From: Candidatus Nanoarchaeia archaeon
GTDB lineage: Archaea; Nanobdellota; Nanobdellia; Woesearchaeales; SKIA01
DNA length: 64,000 bases
Reading direction: 5' to 3'
Assembly (NCBI GenBank): GCA_028279685.1
Contig: JANQNG010000002.1
Coordinates: forward strand, 76,144-140,143
Shown here: in pieces, positions 26,855-36,053 of the stretch
Layout: every line of letters starts with the position of its first letter
Position numbering within the stretch: position 1 is the first letter of the stretch
The notes under the pieces: model-generated
Told to the model about the DNA's origin: nothing
What the model saw: only the letters and a program-made list of their open reading frames with translations
Databases searched by the model: none
Position numbers and translations under genes: made by a program

Positions 26855-26921
26855 AGCGTAACATGCGCTTAAAGAGCATAGCCTCTTTGATTGTGCATAG
26901 TACGCCTTTCATCCAGAAACA
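26798..26921. repeat. 27-bp imperfect direct repeat (2 mismatches) flanking two short hairpins
   Basis: GCATGGTACGCTTTTCATCCAGAAACA 26798-26824 vs GCATAGTACGCCTTTCATCCAGAAACA 26895-26921. Confidence 0.8.
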
Positions 26922-26943
26922 TTACTATACAAAGCAGGAACAG

Positions 26944-27390
26944 CTACCAAACTAATTTCACAATAAAAACAATAATTACTACAATACATCCATAAAATAT
27001 CAGATAATCAAAAATACCTCCACTTCTTAGGAATCCTCGTAGCCTTATTTTTGTAGGAAAAAGAACAATCCCCTGCCTTGTAAGTGAATCAAGCAGCAAA
27101 TGCGAAGCAAATCCTATTGTAAATCCGAGAAATACATCAAGATCACCAAGAACGACAAAGAACAACAGTGCAAATAACGCCCAGAAAAAAATCGAGTGAC
27201 AAATACCCCTATGCTCGAAAAGCCAGCTGAAAATTCTCACTCTTCTTCCAAGTATAGATCTTTGTTCGTCAAGATCAGGGACAAGACTTCCTAAAAGCAC
27301 AGCAGCAAAAAACCATAGATTCACATCAAAGAAAAAAACAGCAAGAACACCAAGCAGCAATCCAAAAAGAAGATGAGTTCTCCCTATCAT
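26944..27390 (-). CDS. YdjM/DUF457 membrane-bound metal-dependent hydrolase
   Basis: TH, GSLVPDLD, HRGICHS, SHLLLDSLT. Confidence 0.9.
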   Translation of the reverse strand: MIGRTHLLFGLLLGVLAVFFFDVNLWFFAAVLLGSLVPDLDEQRSILGRRVRIFSWLFEHRGICHSIFFWALFALLFFVVLGDLDVFLGFTIGFASHLLLDSLTRQGIVLFPTKIRLRGFLRSGGIFDYLIFYGCIVVIIVFIVKLVW

Positions 27391-27399
27391 ACAGGCACC

Positions 27400-27885
27400 T
27401 TACGTAACGCATTGAGGGATGTTATCATAAACAATTTTTTTCTCAGTGCAGATTCTTTCACCTTCGCTCGTCTTAAATCCTGGCACAAATGATATCTGCA
27501 AAGAGGAATCATCCTGTAGTGTGTAAGATATTTCCTCATTTGTCAATCTACCTACTTCAATACCTTCAGTAATTCTCCCATCAAAAAGATCAGGAGTGTT
27601 AGTGTCTATAACAGAATAATCAATGAAATCAAACGGCATTTCTCCTTGGTTTTCAAGAACAACTTTGATCGTGCTGATATCTCTCAAAATGCAGATAATA
27701 GGCATGCCTTCACTTAATCTTATCCCTACATTGATAGCATCACAAGAATAATCATCTCCAGGAGGATTTAACACATCATGGCTCCAATTCATAATCATCG
27801 TGCCTAACGCCACAGAAAAGGCTATTAACAATACCGTAGCAATCAACGGAGAAATACCTCTTTTCGATTTAGCTAAACGAACCAT
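27400..27885 (-). CDS. Archaeal type IV pilin-like protein (class III signal peptide)
   Basis: KRG|ISPLIATVLLIAF. Confidence 0.88.
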   Translation of the reverse strand: MVRLAKSKRGISPLIATVLLIAFSVALGTMIMNWSHDVLNPPGDDYSCDAINVGIRLSEGMPIICILRDISTIKVVLENQGEMPFDFIDYSVIDTNTPDLFDGRITEGIEVGRLTNEEISYTLQDDSSLQISFVPGFKTSEGERICTEKKIVYDNIPQCVT

Positions 27886-27886
27886 T

Positions 27887-28234
27887 TTAATAAATTGGCT
27901 TTTCAGGTTTATAAATGTCCTCTTTTTTTTCTGCTTCGTTCACTGTGTCCCCTCCTGAACGCAACTTCGAAGAGAACTCTTTGACTTTGTCAGTAAAACG
28001 GCGAAGCAATTTTTTTTCTTTTATATCGCCGTTAAGCGAAAAATGTCTAAACTCATCTTCCGCTTCCGCTTCTCTATAATGATCAAGTGTCTCAAGAAAC
28101 GTTTTGATTTCATTAATAGCACCGTATATTTGGTGTTGCTTCTCAACATCAAGTTGCGCATCCTTATCTTCGAGCAAAGAAATCAATCTAATAAGTCTAT
28201 CTTTGTATTTCTTCCGAATTTCGGATATGGACAT
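27887..28234 (-). CDS. Hypothetical protein
   Basis: Tightly packed in the minus-strand operon; SD GAGGTG. Confidence 0.7.
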   Translation of the reverse strand: MSISEIRKKYKDRLIRLISLLEDKDAQLDVEKQHQIYGAINEIKTFLETLDHYREAEAEDEFRHFSLNGDIKEKKLLRRFTDKVKEFSSKLRSGGDTVNEAEKKEDIYKPEKPIY

Positions 28235-28235
28235 T

Positions 28236-28529
28236 TTATTGATTCACCTCTTGTCCTCTTGACTTATCGATGAAAAATTGCATACAGTCAAGCGCATCAA
28301 AGTATGCCTGTCTTCTGAGACTTTGATCGCCAAACTCAAGCTTGTAATATTCATCTTTGAGGATGTTGATATCATTACCACACACCGGGCAGATCTTCAT
28401 CTCTCCTGTGCTCAGCATCAGAAGCCTCTTATTTATTAACTTTTCCATATTACCTATGAGAAGATCTCTTTTAAGATTTTCTAATTCATCTTTTTCTAGA
28501 GTATGGATTAGTTTTCCTAGTTTGTTCAT
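28236..28529 (-). CDS. Small putative metal-binding (TRASH-like) protein
   Basis: CPVC...FDALDC. Confidence 0.65.
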   Translation of the reverse strand: MNKLGKLIHTLEKDELENLKRDLLIGNMEKLINKRLLMLSTGEMKICPVCGNDINILKDEYYKLEFGDQSLRRQAYFDALDCMQFFIDKSRGQEVNQ

Positions 28530-29275
28530 TCTCCCACCTTCAATTTTGATAAAACATTTTCTTTTTCATATACAATATGGCACTGCTTAATTTTTGATGT
28601 GTAATAATGTTCATTCTTTGCCAATCCTTGAAGTACTTCATCTTCAGTATGATTCCAGAAGATCATTTCTCTTTCTTTTCCGTCGTATCTTGCAAGCTTT
28701 ATGTTGCTCATCTCTTTTCTTGCTTTCGTTACATCATCGATGATAGCAAGGTATTCTGTTTTTTTCGTATTATAAGAAAGAAGAGCTAGTCCTTTAAGGT
28801 GTACCCAGATGTGATCGTAAGTCCAAAACAATTTCTGAAGGAAATATACTTGCTCTTCCTTCATCTCGTCGGAAAAATCAGGATATTGAAGAAGTGCTGC
28901 GATAGAGAAAAGTACAATATCATGAACTGATTTTTTCAACGCAGCATCTGCCATAAAAATATCAGACATTGTTTTTAGTCGAGGATTTAACATGAAACTC
29001 TTCTTCACAGCAACACCATCACCAATAGTAACAAGCATACCATATCCTTGATCGAGACCATACAATGTCTTCGGTTTTCCTCTTTGATTGGTCTTTAATT
29101 TTCGTTTAGTAACCAATTTATAAGCGACAAGCAGACGGAGAAGCTGAGCCACATTAGCCGTTGAGGTATCTGTTTTTTTTGCTAGTTCACTCAAAGAACA
29201 TTCTTTTTTTGAAAGTTCTTTGAGAAGCAGCCATTTTGTTCCCGTAATCAAATCCTCAAATTCCATAAGATACAA
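28526..29275 (-). CDS. Winged-helix transcriptional regulator-like protein
   Basis: SLSELAKKTDTSTANVAQLLRLL...RGKPKTLY. Confidence 0.75.
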   Translation of the reverse strand: MYLMEFEDLITGTKWLLLKELSKKECSLSELAKKTDTSTANVAQLLRLLVAYKLVTKRKLKTNQRGKPKTLYGLDQGYGMLVTIGDGVAVKKSFMLNPRLKTMSDIFMADAALKKSVHDIVLFSIAALLQYPDFSDEMKEEQVYFLQKLFWTYDHIWVHLKGLALLSYNTKKTEYLAIIDDVTKARKEMSNIKLARYDGKEREMIFWNHTEDEVLQGLAKNEHYYTSKIKQCHIVYEKENVLSKLKVGE

Positions 29276-29501
29276 GAGTTCTTTTAATATTTAAATATTT
29301 CGTTTCCCTAATTAATAAAATATTTAATATTTATAAAATTAATTAATTAATAAATTAATTATCCGAGAATAGATTTCAAGCATTATGTTTAGAAACATTT
29401 ATAAAGTACCGACCCATATTCTGTAGAAGAGTAGTTTCATTTAGGTAATGAAAAATGGACTAGATTCAGCGTTTGGGGAACACAAACGTAGAGGTGTAAG
29501 T

Positions 29502-30746
29502 TTGAAAGTATTGATGTTTGGCTGGGAGTTCCCTCCGATCAAAAGCGGCGGATTAGGAACGGCGTGTTACGACCTTACGAAAGGATTATCGTGGAACAAT
29601 GTTGATGTAACATTCGTTATGCCCCACGCTCCCGATAATGCTGAAGTGGAATTCGTTAAGCTCATAGGTGCAGATAACTTCTCAAAAAAAGTACAAATCA
29701 AAAAAATAAAAACACTCCTAACACCGTATCTTAATTCACACGGTTACAGCGAAATCATTGCGCGATTTAAATTCGGAGATGGAAAAGGAAATGCTGACGT
29801 TTACGGAGAAAACATCTATCAAGAAGTGCAGCGACTGGCTGCTGTGGCACAAGAGATTGCAAATGAAGAGCATCACGACATCATTCATGCCCATGACTGG
29901 ATGACCTATGAAGCAGGCATTGAAGCAAGAAAAGCGTCAAACAAACCATTGGTTGTTCATATCCATGCAACAGAACATGATCGAACAGGAGGTAACCCTG
30001 ATCCTATGATTGCTGATATAGAATATCGCGGCATGATGGCGGCAGACCGCATCATCGCGAATAGTGAATGGACAAAACAAAACGTCATTCATCAATATCA
30101 AATCAACCCAGATAAAATTGATGTTGTGCACTGGGGAGTTGATTACGATAAACCAGAATATCACTTGAATCATGCTAGTCCATTCAAGAACGAGAAGCTT
30201 GTACTTTTCCTCGGACGTATTACCTTGCAGAAAGGTCCTGATTATTTCATCGAAGTTGCATCGAATGTGTTGAAATTCAACAAAAATGTTCGCTTCCTTA
30301 TTGCAGGATCAGGAGATATGACACCAAGAATTATCAACAGAGTAAATGAGCTTGGCATTTCAGACAAAGTAAATTTTGCAGGTTTCCTTAAAGGAGAACA
30401 TGTACACCGCGCATTTCAGATGGCTGATCTGTACGTAATGCCTTCTACTTCAGAGCCTTTTGGTATTGTTGCATTAGAGTCAATGAAGAATGGCACACCT
30501 ACTTTACTTTCAAAGCAATCAGGATGTTCAGAAGTTATTAAACATTCAATGAAAGCAGACTTCTGGGATATTAATCTCATGACTGACCAGATCGTCAGCT
30601 ATCTGAGATACAATTGCTTCCAGCAAGAACTTACAAAATACTCAGATAAAGAAGCGAAGAAATTTAACCTTAATGATCCTGCAAAAAAAACGCTGGCGAT
30701 TTACCAGAATGTATTACATCAGTGGTATAATCATTCAACAACATAA
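29502..30746 (+). CDS. GT4 glycosyltransferase (glycogen/alpha-glucan related)
   Basis: FGWEFPP..SGGLG, IHAHDWMT, GRITLQKGP, SEPFGIVALE; SD GAGGTG before TTG 29502. Confidence 0.9.
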   Translation: MKVLMFGWEFPPIKSGGLGTACYDLTKGLSWNNVDVTFVMPHAPDNAEVEFVKLIGADNFSKKVQIKKIKTLLTPYLNSHGYSEIIARFKFGDGKGNADVYGENIYQEVQRLAAVAQEIANEEHHDIIHAHDWMTYEAGIEARKASNKPLVVHIHATEHDRTGGNPDPMIADIEYRGMMAADRIIANSEWTKQNVIHQYQINPDKIDVVHWGVDYDKPEYHLNHASPFKNEKLVLFLGRITLQKGPDYFIEVASNVLKFNKNVRFLIAGSGDMTPRIINRVNELGISDKVNFAGFLKGEHVHRAFQMADLYVMPSTSEPFGIVALESMKNGTPTLLSKQSGCSEVIKHSMKADFWDINLMTDQIVSYLRYNCFQQELTKYSDKEAKKFNLNDPAKKTLAIYQNVLHQWYNHSTT

Positions 30747-30768
30747 TTAAAGAAAAGGGGGGAGTAAG

Positions 30769-31992
30769 ATAGACATTTGCTTTTACTTTCAAGTCCATCA
30801 GCCTTGGCGGATGCGTCGCTATCAAGTATTTGATATTGGAGGAAATCACGACTATACTGATGACCAGAAAAACAAAGCTATTATGAAGAAAATCAGTGAA
30901 AAATGTTATCTGCCTATGAATAAACTTCTTCTTAAACTTATCAAGAAATATGATGGAGCGTTCAAGATATCATTCAGCATCACAGGAGTGTTTATCGATC
31001 AATGCAAGAAATATGCACCAGAAGTACTCGAAAGTTTCAGAGCGTTGGCTAAAACAGGTTGTGTTGAATTCCTTTGTGAGACTTATTATCACAGTCTTGC
31101 ATACCTTTACTCAAAAAAAGAATTCAAGCAACAAGTTGAAAAACATAAAAAACTCATTGAAAAAGAATTTGGCAAGACACCAAAAGTTTTTAGAAATACA
31201 GAGCTCGTATTCAACAACGATCTCGCAGAGACAGCAAAAGATCTCGGATTCGATGTCGTACTTGCAGAAGGAGCAGATCATATATTGAAAAAGAAAACAC
31301 CTAATGTAGTGTATACTGTAAACAACTGCAAAGTGCTATTAAAGAACTATAAACTCAGTGATGATATTGCATTCAGGTTCTCTAACAAAGATTGGGAACA
31401 TTATCCTTTGACACCTAAGAAGTTTGTATCTTGGATTGATGAAGAAGAAGGTGATGTAATCAATCTCTTTATGGATTACGAGACATTTGGTGAACATCAA
31501 TGGGAGGAATCAGGAATCTTCACTTTCATGGAATCTCTCTTTGGAGCGCTGCTGAAGAAACATAAATTCGTAACCATTAGTGAAGCATCAAAACACCATT
31601 CTAAAGGATCTCTTAATGTTCCTCGCTTTGTATCTTGGGCTGATATTGACAGAGACCTTACCGCATGGATTGGAAATCAAATGCAGGAGAACGCCATCAA
31701 AGAGTTGTATTTGCTGGAGAACCCAGTGAAAACAAGCAAAGATTTGGCATTGCTTGAGAGCTGGAGAAGACTTACGACAAGCGACCATTTCTACTATATG
31801 TGCACGAAATGGTTTAATGATGGCGACGTCCATAAGTACTTCAGCCCATATGAAAGCCCATATGAAGCATTTATCGCCTTCATGAATATACTCAATGATA
31901 TTATCATAAGGATAAAAGAGAAAAATATTAAAATACCAACCAATAGTTATATCATGAGTTCGTTGGAACAGGAAGCTTGGGGGGGATTTTAA
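30769..31992 (+). CDS. GH57 alpha-amylase-like glycoside hydrolase, apparent ATA start
   Basis: ICFYFQVHQP upstream of the first ATG; ETYYHSL, FRNTEL, MDYETFGEHQ, TSDHFYYM. Confidence 0.9.
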   Translation: MDICFYFQVHQPWRMRRYQVFDIGGNHDYTDDQKNKAIMKKISEKCYLPMNKLLLKLIKKYDGAFKISFSITGVFIDQCKKYAPEVLESFRALAKTGCVEFLCETYYHSLAYLYSKKEFKQQVEKHKKLIEKEFGKTPKVFRNTELVFNNDLAETAKDLGFDVVLAEGADHILKKKTPNVVYTVNNCKVLLKNYKLSDDIAFRFSNKDWEHYPLTPKKFVSWIDEEEGDVINLFMDYETFGEHQWEESGIFTFMESLFGALLKKHKFVTISEASKHHSKGSLNVPRFVSWADIDRDLTAWIGNQMQENAIKELYLLENPVKTSKDLALLESWRRLTTSDHFYYMCTKWFNDGDVHKYFSPYESPYEAFIAFMNILNDIIIRIKEKNIKIPTNSYIMSSLEQEAWGGF

Positions 31993-32030
31993 AGACATCC
32001 AAGTGTTTACTAAAAAAGAGAGGTGAATTG

Positions 32031-32411
32031 ATGGCCGCTAAAAAATCATCCAAAAAATCTAAGAAAAAGAAGAAAGCTACTCCTAAAAAGAAAAAGAAGA
32101 GAAAAACCTCTGGCAAGAAGAAAAAGAAAACAAAATCTAAATCTTCGTTAAAAGCATCTGCAAATACCGATGAACATTTTGTGCTGCTTGATGGACGTAC
32201 ATTGCAGAACATTATGGATCTTGCCATTGCTCTGGAGAATATGGAGGATCATGTTTTTGGCCATCACGTTAATTCAAATAGAAATGACTTTGCGAATTGG
32301 ATACGACATGTTATGAGAGATGGTGAGCTCGCAGAACACATGTCTAATGCAAAACATAAGAACCATGCTTCGTGGATCATTTATCGTCACGTTGCCAAGA
32401 AGCTTTGGTGA
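32031..32411 (+). CDS. DUF5752-like protein with Lys-rich N-terminus
   Basis: F.LLDG, HHVNSNRNDFANWI; SD GAGGTG. Confidence 0.7.
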   Translation: MAAKKSSKKSKKKKKATPKKKKKRKTSGKKKKKTKSKSSLKASANTDEHFVLLDGRTLQNIMDLAIALENMEDHVFGHHVNSNRNDFANWIRHVMRDGELAEHMSNAKHKNHASWIIYRHVAKKLW

Positions 32412-32432
32412 TTCATACTTAGTTAAAGAGGG

Positions 32433-32966
32433 GTGAAGTATATGCAATCAGTAGACGATCAACAAGCATTTAGATTCAATAATGGATTTTCTGCAAGAAA
32501 CATTACTGAACTAAAAAATTGTATAGAGGATTTGCCAATAGAAGATTTTGAGCATCATGTGAATAAAGAAGAGAACGATTTCTCGAAGTGGATTAAACTC
32601 TGTCTTCACGAACCTGTACTTGCAGATGAACTCTTAAGAACAAAATCGAAAGAGATTACCTTGCTTCTCTTGAAGGATTGGTTGCTGACTCATAAGGCCA
32701 AAAAGACACTTAATGAGCTGCATGAATCTCCATCAACAGGAGTAGAAATCAGCAATCTTGCCAAAAAACTTGAGAAAAAGCCGAAAGAAATGAAAATTGA
32801 GCTTCAGAAAAATACTACTGCTGATATTCCCAGGCCCAAATGTAAAAAACATAAGGACAAAGAACCTTCCATGAATACAGGATTGCTTGTAAAGGAATTT
32901 ATCTTCGGAATGATCATAGGACTTATCCTTGGTATTGTATTGATGAAGATTATTAGCTTATTCTAA
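32433..32966 (+). CDS. DUF5752-like protein with C-terminal TM anchor
   Basis: FRFNNG, HHVNKEENDFSKWI, C-terminal hydrophobic helix. Confidence 0.7.
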   Translation: MKYMQSVDDQQAFRFNNGFSARNITELKNCIEDLPIEDFEHHVNKEENDFSKWIKLCLHEPVLADELLRTKSKEITLLLLKDWLLTHKAKKTLNELHESPSTGVEISNLAKKLEKKPKEMKIELQKNTTADIPRPKCKKHKDKEPSMNTGLLVKEFIFGMIIGLILGIVLMKIISLF

Positions 32967-32967
32967 G

Positions 32968-34725
32968 ATGAAATCCAACGCTGATGTATTATTTGAGTGC
33001 TCATGGGAAGTTTGCAATAAAGTGGGAGGCATCTACACTGTGTTGATGAGCAAAGCAGAATTGATGAAACAACACTATGCCCATTATTTTGTTATAGGCC
33101 CTTATTATGAACATCAGGCTGAAGTGGAATTTGAACAATGCAAACCACCAGAAATAATTGCAAGGATTTTTGAGGAACTTAAACAAGAAGGCATTATCTG
33201 CTATTTCGGAAAATGGCAAATCAAAGGAGAACCTTATACCATCCTTATCGATTTTGGCAGATGCATGCACCATGTTGATGAGATCAAAACACAACTTTGG
33301 GAGCATTTCCAAATTGAAGCGATGTTCTCAGGAAATGATTTCCACGAACCAATGATCTGGGCATGGTGCATAAGCAGAATACTTAAACGATATGCCGAAC
33401 TTAAGCCAGGGAAAATTGTAGGTCATTTCCATGAATGGCTTGCTGGTTTTGCAGGTCTTTTCTTAAAATCATCACCTGTGAGAACAGTGTTCACGACACA
33501 TGCTACTATGCTAGGAAGAACACTTTCAGCGCATAATTTCCCATTATATGATAAACTCGAGACAATCAATCCGCATGAAGAAGCCAAACGATTAAGAGTG
33601 CTTGACAAATTCAGTGTAGAAAGAGCTTGCGCCCAGCATAGTGATGTTTTTACCACCGTATCAGAGATTACTGCTATTGAAGCAGAACATATCCTTGGAA
33701 GAAAGCCTGATATACTTGTACTGAACGGACTTGATGTAACACAGTTTCCCACTACTGAAGAGGCTGCTTTAATTCATAGAAAATCTAGAGAAACTATTAG
33801 AGATTTCCTTGATTATTATTTCCTCAACAATTACTATATTGATCTTGATCAAACACTACTTTTCTTCGTTGTCGGAAGATATGAATTTGAGAATAAAGGT
33901 ATTGATATTATTATTGAAGCACTAGGAAAACTCAATAAAAAAATGAAGGAGAACAATAGCAAAAAAACAGTCATCTGCTTCTTCTGGATACCTGCTGAAC
34001 AACATGGCACAAGAACTGATCTTATGGAAGATAAAAGCACCTTTGACCGCATACGTGAACTTGTTGAAGACAGATCTGAAAGCATCAACAGAAAAATCAT
34101 AAGAAATATTATGGATCTAAATAAATTAAAACATGAAGACTTGTTCACAAAAGATTTCCTCCACGATATAAAAAAACAAGTGCAGCGTTTCAAGCGCAGT
34201 GGAAATCCTCCTCTGAGTACGCACCATGTACCTGATGACGACCCTATCATAAGACATTGTTTTGCCAATGGATTGACTAACGCTGAACAAGATAAAGTCA
34301 AGATCGTTAAATATCCTATCTATTTAACAGGAGCTGACGGATTGCTTGATCTTACTTACTATCAAGCCATAGCAGGCTGTCATTTAGGCTTATTTCCATC
34401 GCGATATGAACCTTGGGGATACACTCCTGTTGAAAGTGCTGCATATGGTGTTCCAGCAGTGACTACTGATCTTTCAGGATTTGGAAGATTTATGCAAAAA
34501 CGAGGGATAAGCGGCAAAGGCATCCATATTATTGATCGTTTCCGTAAAACAAGAGAGACTATTGTAACTCAATTTGTCAACTTGCTTTATACATATTCAA
34601 CATTCAAGCAAAAAGATAGAGTGGATCAAAAGATCAAAGCCAGAAAAGCTATAGAGCTTGTTGATTGGAAGGAGTTTGTCAAAAATTACATAGAAGCACA
34701 TAATTTGGCTCTGGAGAAGGAATGA
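32968..34725 (+). CDS. GT3 (eukaryote-type) glycogen synthase
   Basis: FECSWEVCNKVGGIYTV, HFHEW, FTTHATMLGR, GRYEFENKG, FPSRYEPWGYTPVE. Confidence 0.93.
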   Translation: MKSNADVLFECSWEVCNKVGGIYTVLMSKAELMKQHYAHYFVIGPYYEHQAEVEFEQCKPPEIIARIFEELKQEGIICYFGKWQIKGEPYTILIDFGRCMHHVDEIKTQLWEHFQIEAMFSGNDFHEPMIWAWCISRILKRYAELKPGKIVGHFHEWLAGFAGLFLKSSPVRTVFTTHATMLGRTLSAHNFPLYDKLETINPHEEAKRLRVLDKFSVERACAQHSDVFTTVSEITAIEAEHILGRKPDILVLNGLDVTQFPTTEEAALIHRKSRETIRDFLDYYFLNNYYIDLDQTLLFFVVGRYEFENKGIDIIIEALGKLNKKMKENNSKKTVICFFWIPAEQHGTRTDLMEDKSTFDRIRELVEDRSESINRKIIRNIMDLNKLKHEDLFTKDFLHDIKKQVQRFKRSGNPPLSTHHVPDDDPIIRHCFANGLTNAEQDKVKIVKYPIYLTGADGLLDLTYYQAIAGCHLGLFPSRYEPWGYTPVESAAYGVPAVTTDLSGFGRFMQKRGISGKGIHIIDRFRKTRETIVTQFVNLLYTYSTFKQKDRVDQKIKARKAIELVDWKEFVKNYIEAHNLALEKE

Positions 34726-34817
34726 ACTCCTCCCCTAATGTTGGATATCCTTTGGAGAGGAGTTCGACCAGAGGAGTCTATATCTAACAGGCTAAAGCTG
34801 TAGTATTGACTCCTCTG
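34724..34817. other. Twin hairpins downstream of glycogen synthase
   Basis: GAACTCCTC/GAGGAGTTC (34724-34765) and CAGAGGAGTC/GACTCCTCTG (34769-34817). Confidence 0.6.
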
Positions 34818-34890
34818 TGTATAAACAGAGAAACCCAAAAGATAAACTTTTTATATACCTGCTGTTGAAATATTATGAAAGAGGATTAAT

Positions 34891-35205
34891 ATGAAGAATG
34901 CCGTTTTTTTGCTGATGATGGTGATTCTGGCTAGTTTTGTTGCTGGATCAATATACGATGAAGACAAGACATTTCAAAGCGTATCTCAGCATTCAGGTAA
35001 CCCCTCATTCAGCATTCTGATGATCTTGATTGCAATTACTGCATTGCTCTATATCTATGTACTCCTCAAATGTGGTCTGCGACAGGACCGAGTAAAGTTC
35101 AAGATTGTCATGGGAGATCCTCCAAAGAAACACGAGTTAAAAAAGAAGCTCAACTACAAGCGAATGAAAACATCTGCAAAAAAGAAAATCAAGAAAAAAA
35201 AATAA
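34891..35205 (+). CDS. Small membrane protein with signal peptide and Lys-rich tail
   Basis: Two hydrophobic segments; SD GAGG. Confidence 0.6.
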   Translation: MKNAVFLLMMVILASFVAGSIYDEDKTFQSVSQHSGNPSFSILMILIAITALLYIYVLLKCGLRQDRVKFKIVMGDPPKKHELKKKLNYKRMKTSAKKKIKKKK

Positions 35206-35309
35206 GATTTCTAACCCAAACCTTTATAAATGTCTTCTCGCCCAATAGATCTAAGGGGTGACTTACTAACATTATACAAGAACTAGAGATACATCAATGA
35301 GGTGACTGA

Positions 35310-36053
35310 ATGAAAGCAATAATATTAGCAGCGGGCTATGCCACACGATTATATCCTTTGACATTGGATAACCCCAAACCATTGCTTCCTGTAGGAGGAA
35401 GCCCTTTGTTAGATTACACATTAGATAAATTAGAAGAACTTGATGGCTTGGATGAAATATATGTCATAACAAATGATAAGTTCTATCCTAAGTTCAAGAT
35501 GTGGGCCGCAAAGCAAGAAAGATCATTCAATATCAAAATCATTAATGACTGTACTAAAACCAATGAAGATCGATTAGGAGCTGTCGGAGATACCTACTAC
35601 GTGATCAAACAAGAGAACATAGATGATGATCTCCTTCTTATAGCCGGAGACAATCTTTTTGAGTTTAGCCTCAAAGCAATGTATGCTATGTTCAAAGAAA
35701 AAAAGAAAACCGTCTTTGCATTATGTGACTTAAAAGACCCTGCAAAATTATCAAAAAAATTCGGTGTTGTTGAGATCAACGAAAATAATAAAGTGATTGG
35801 TTTTGAGGAGAAGCCTGAACAACCAAAGACAACATACGCTTCAACGGCATGCTATATTTTTTCAAAAGATGATCTGAGCAAACTTAAAGAGCTTGCAGAA
35901 AATGCACCTGATAACTTAGGGGAAATCATCATATTCTTGTACCAGAAATCAGAGGTTTTTGGAATTCCCTTCAAAGAAACATGGATTGACATAGGAAGCC
36001 TTGAACAGTACAAAGAAGCAGATAAGCTTTTTGCGGAGAGGAATACATCCTAA
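35310..36053 (+). CDS. Sugar-1-phosphate nucleotidyltransferase
   Basis: ILAAGYATRLYPLT..PKPLL, AGDN, FEEKP, WIDIG. Confidence 0.92.
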   Translation: MKAIILAAGYATRLYPLTLDNPKPLLPVGGSPLLDYTLDKLEELDGLDEIYVITNDKFYPKFKMWAAKQERSFNIKIINDCTKTNEDRLGAVGDTYYVIKQENIDDDLLLIAGDNLFEFSLKAMYAMFKEKKKTVFALCDLKDPAKLSKKFGVVEINENNKVIGFEEKPEQPKTTYASTACYIFSKDDLSKLKELAENAPDNLGEIIIFLYQKSEVFGIPFKETWIDIGSLEQYKEADKLFAERNTS

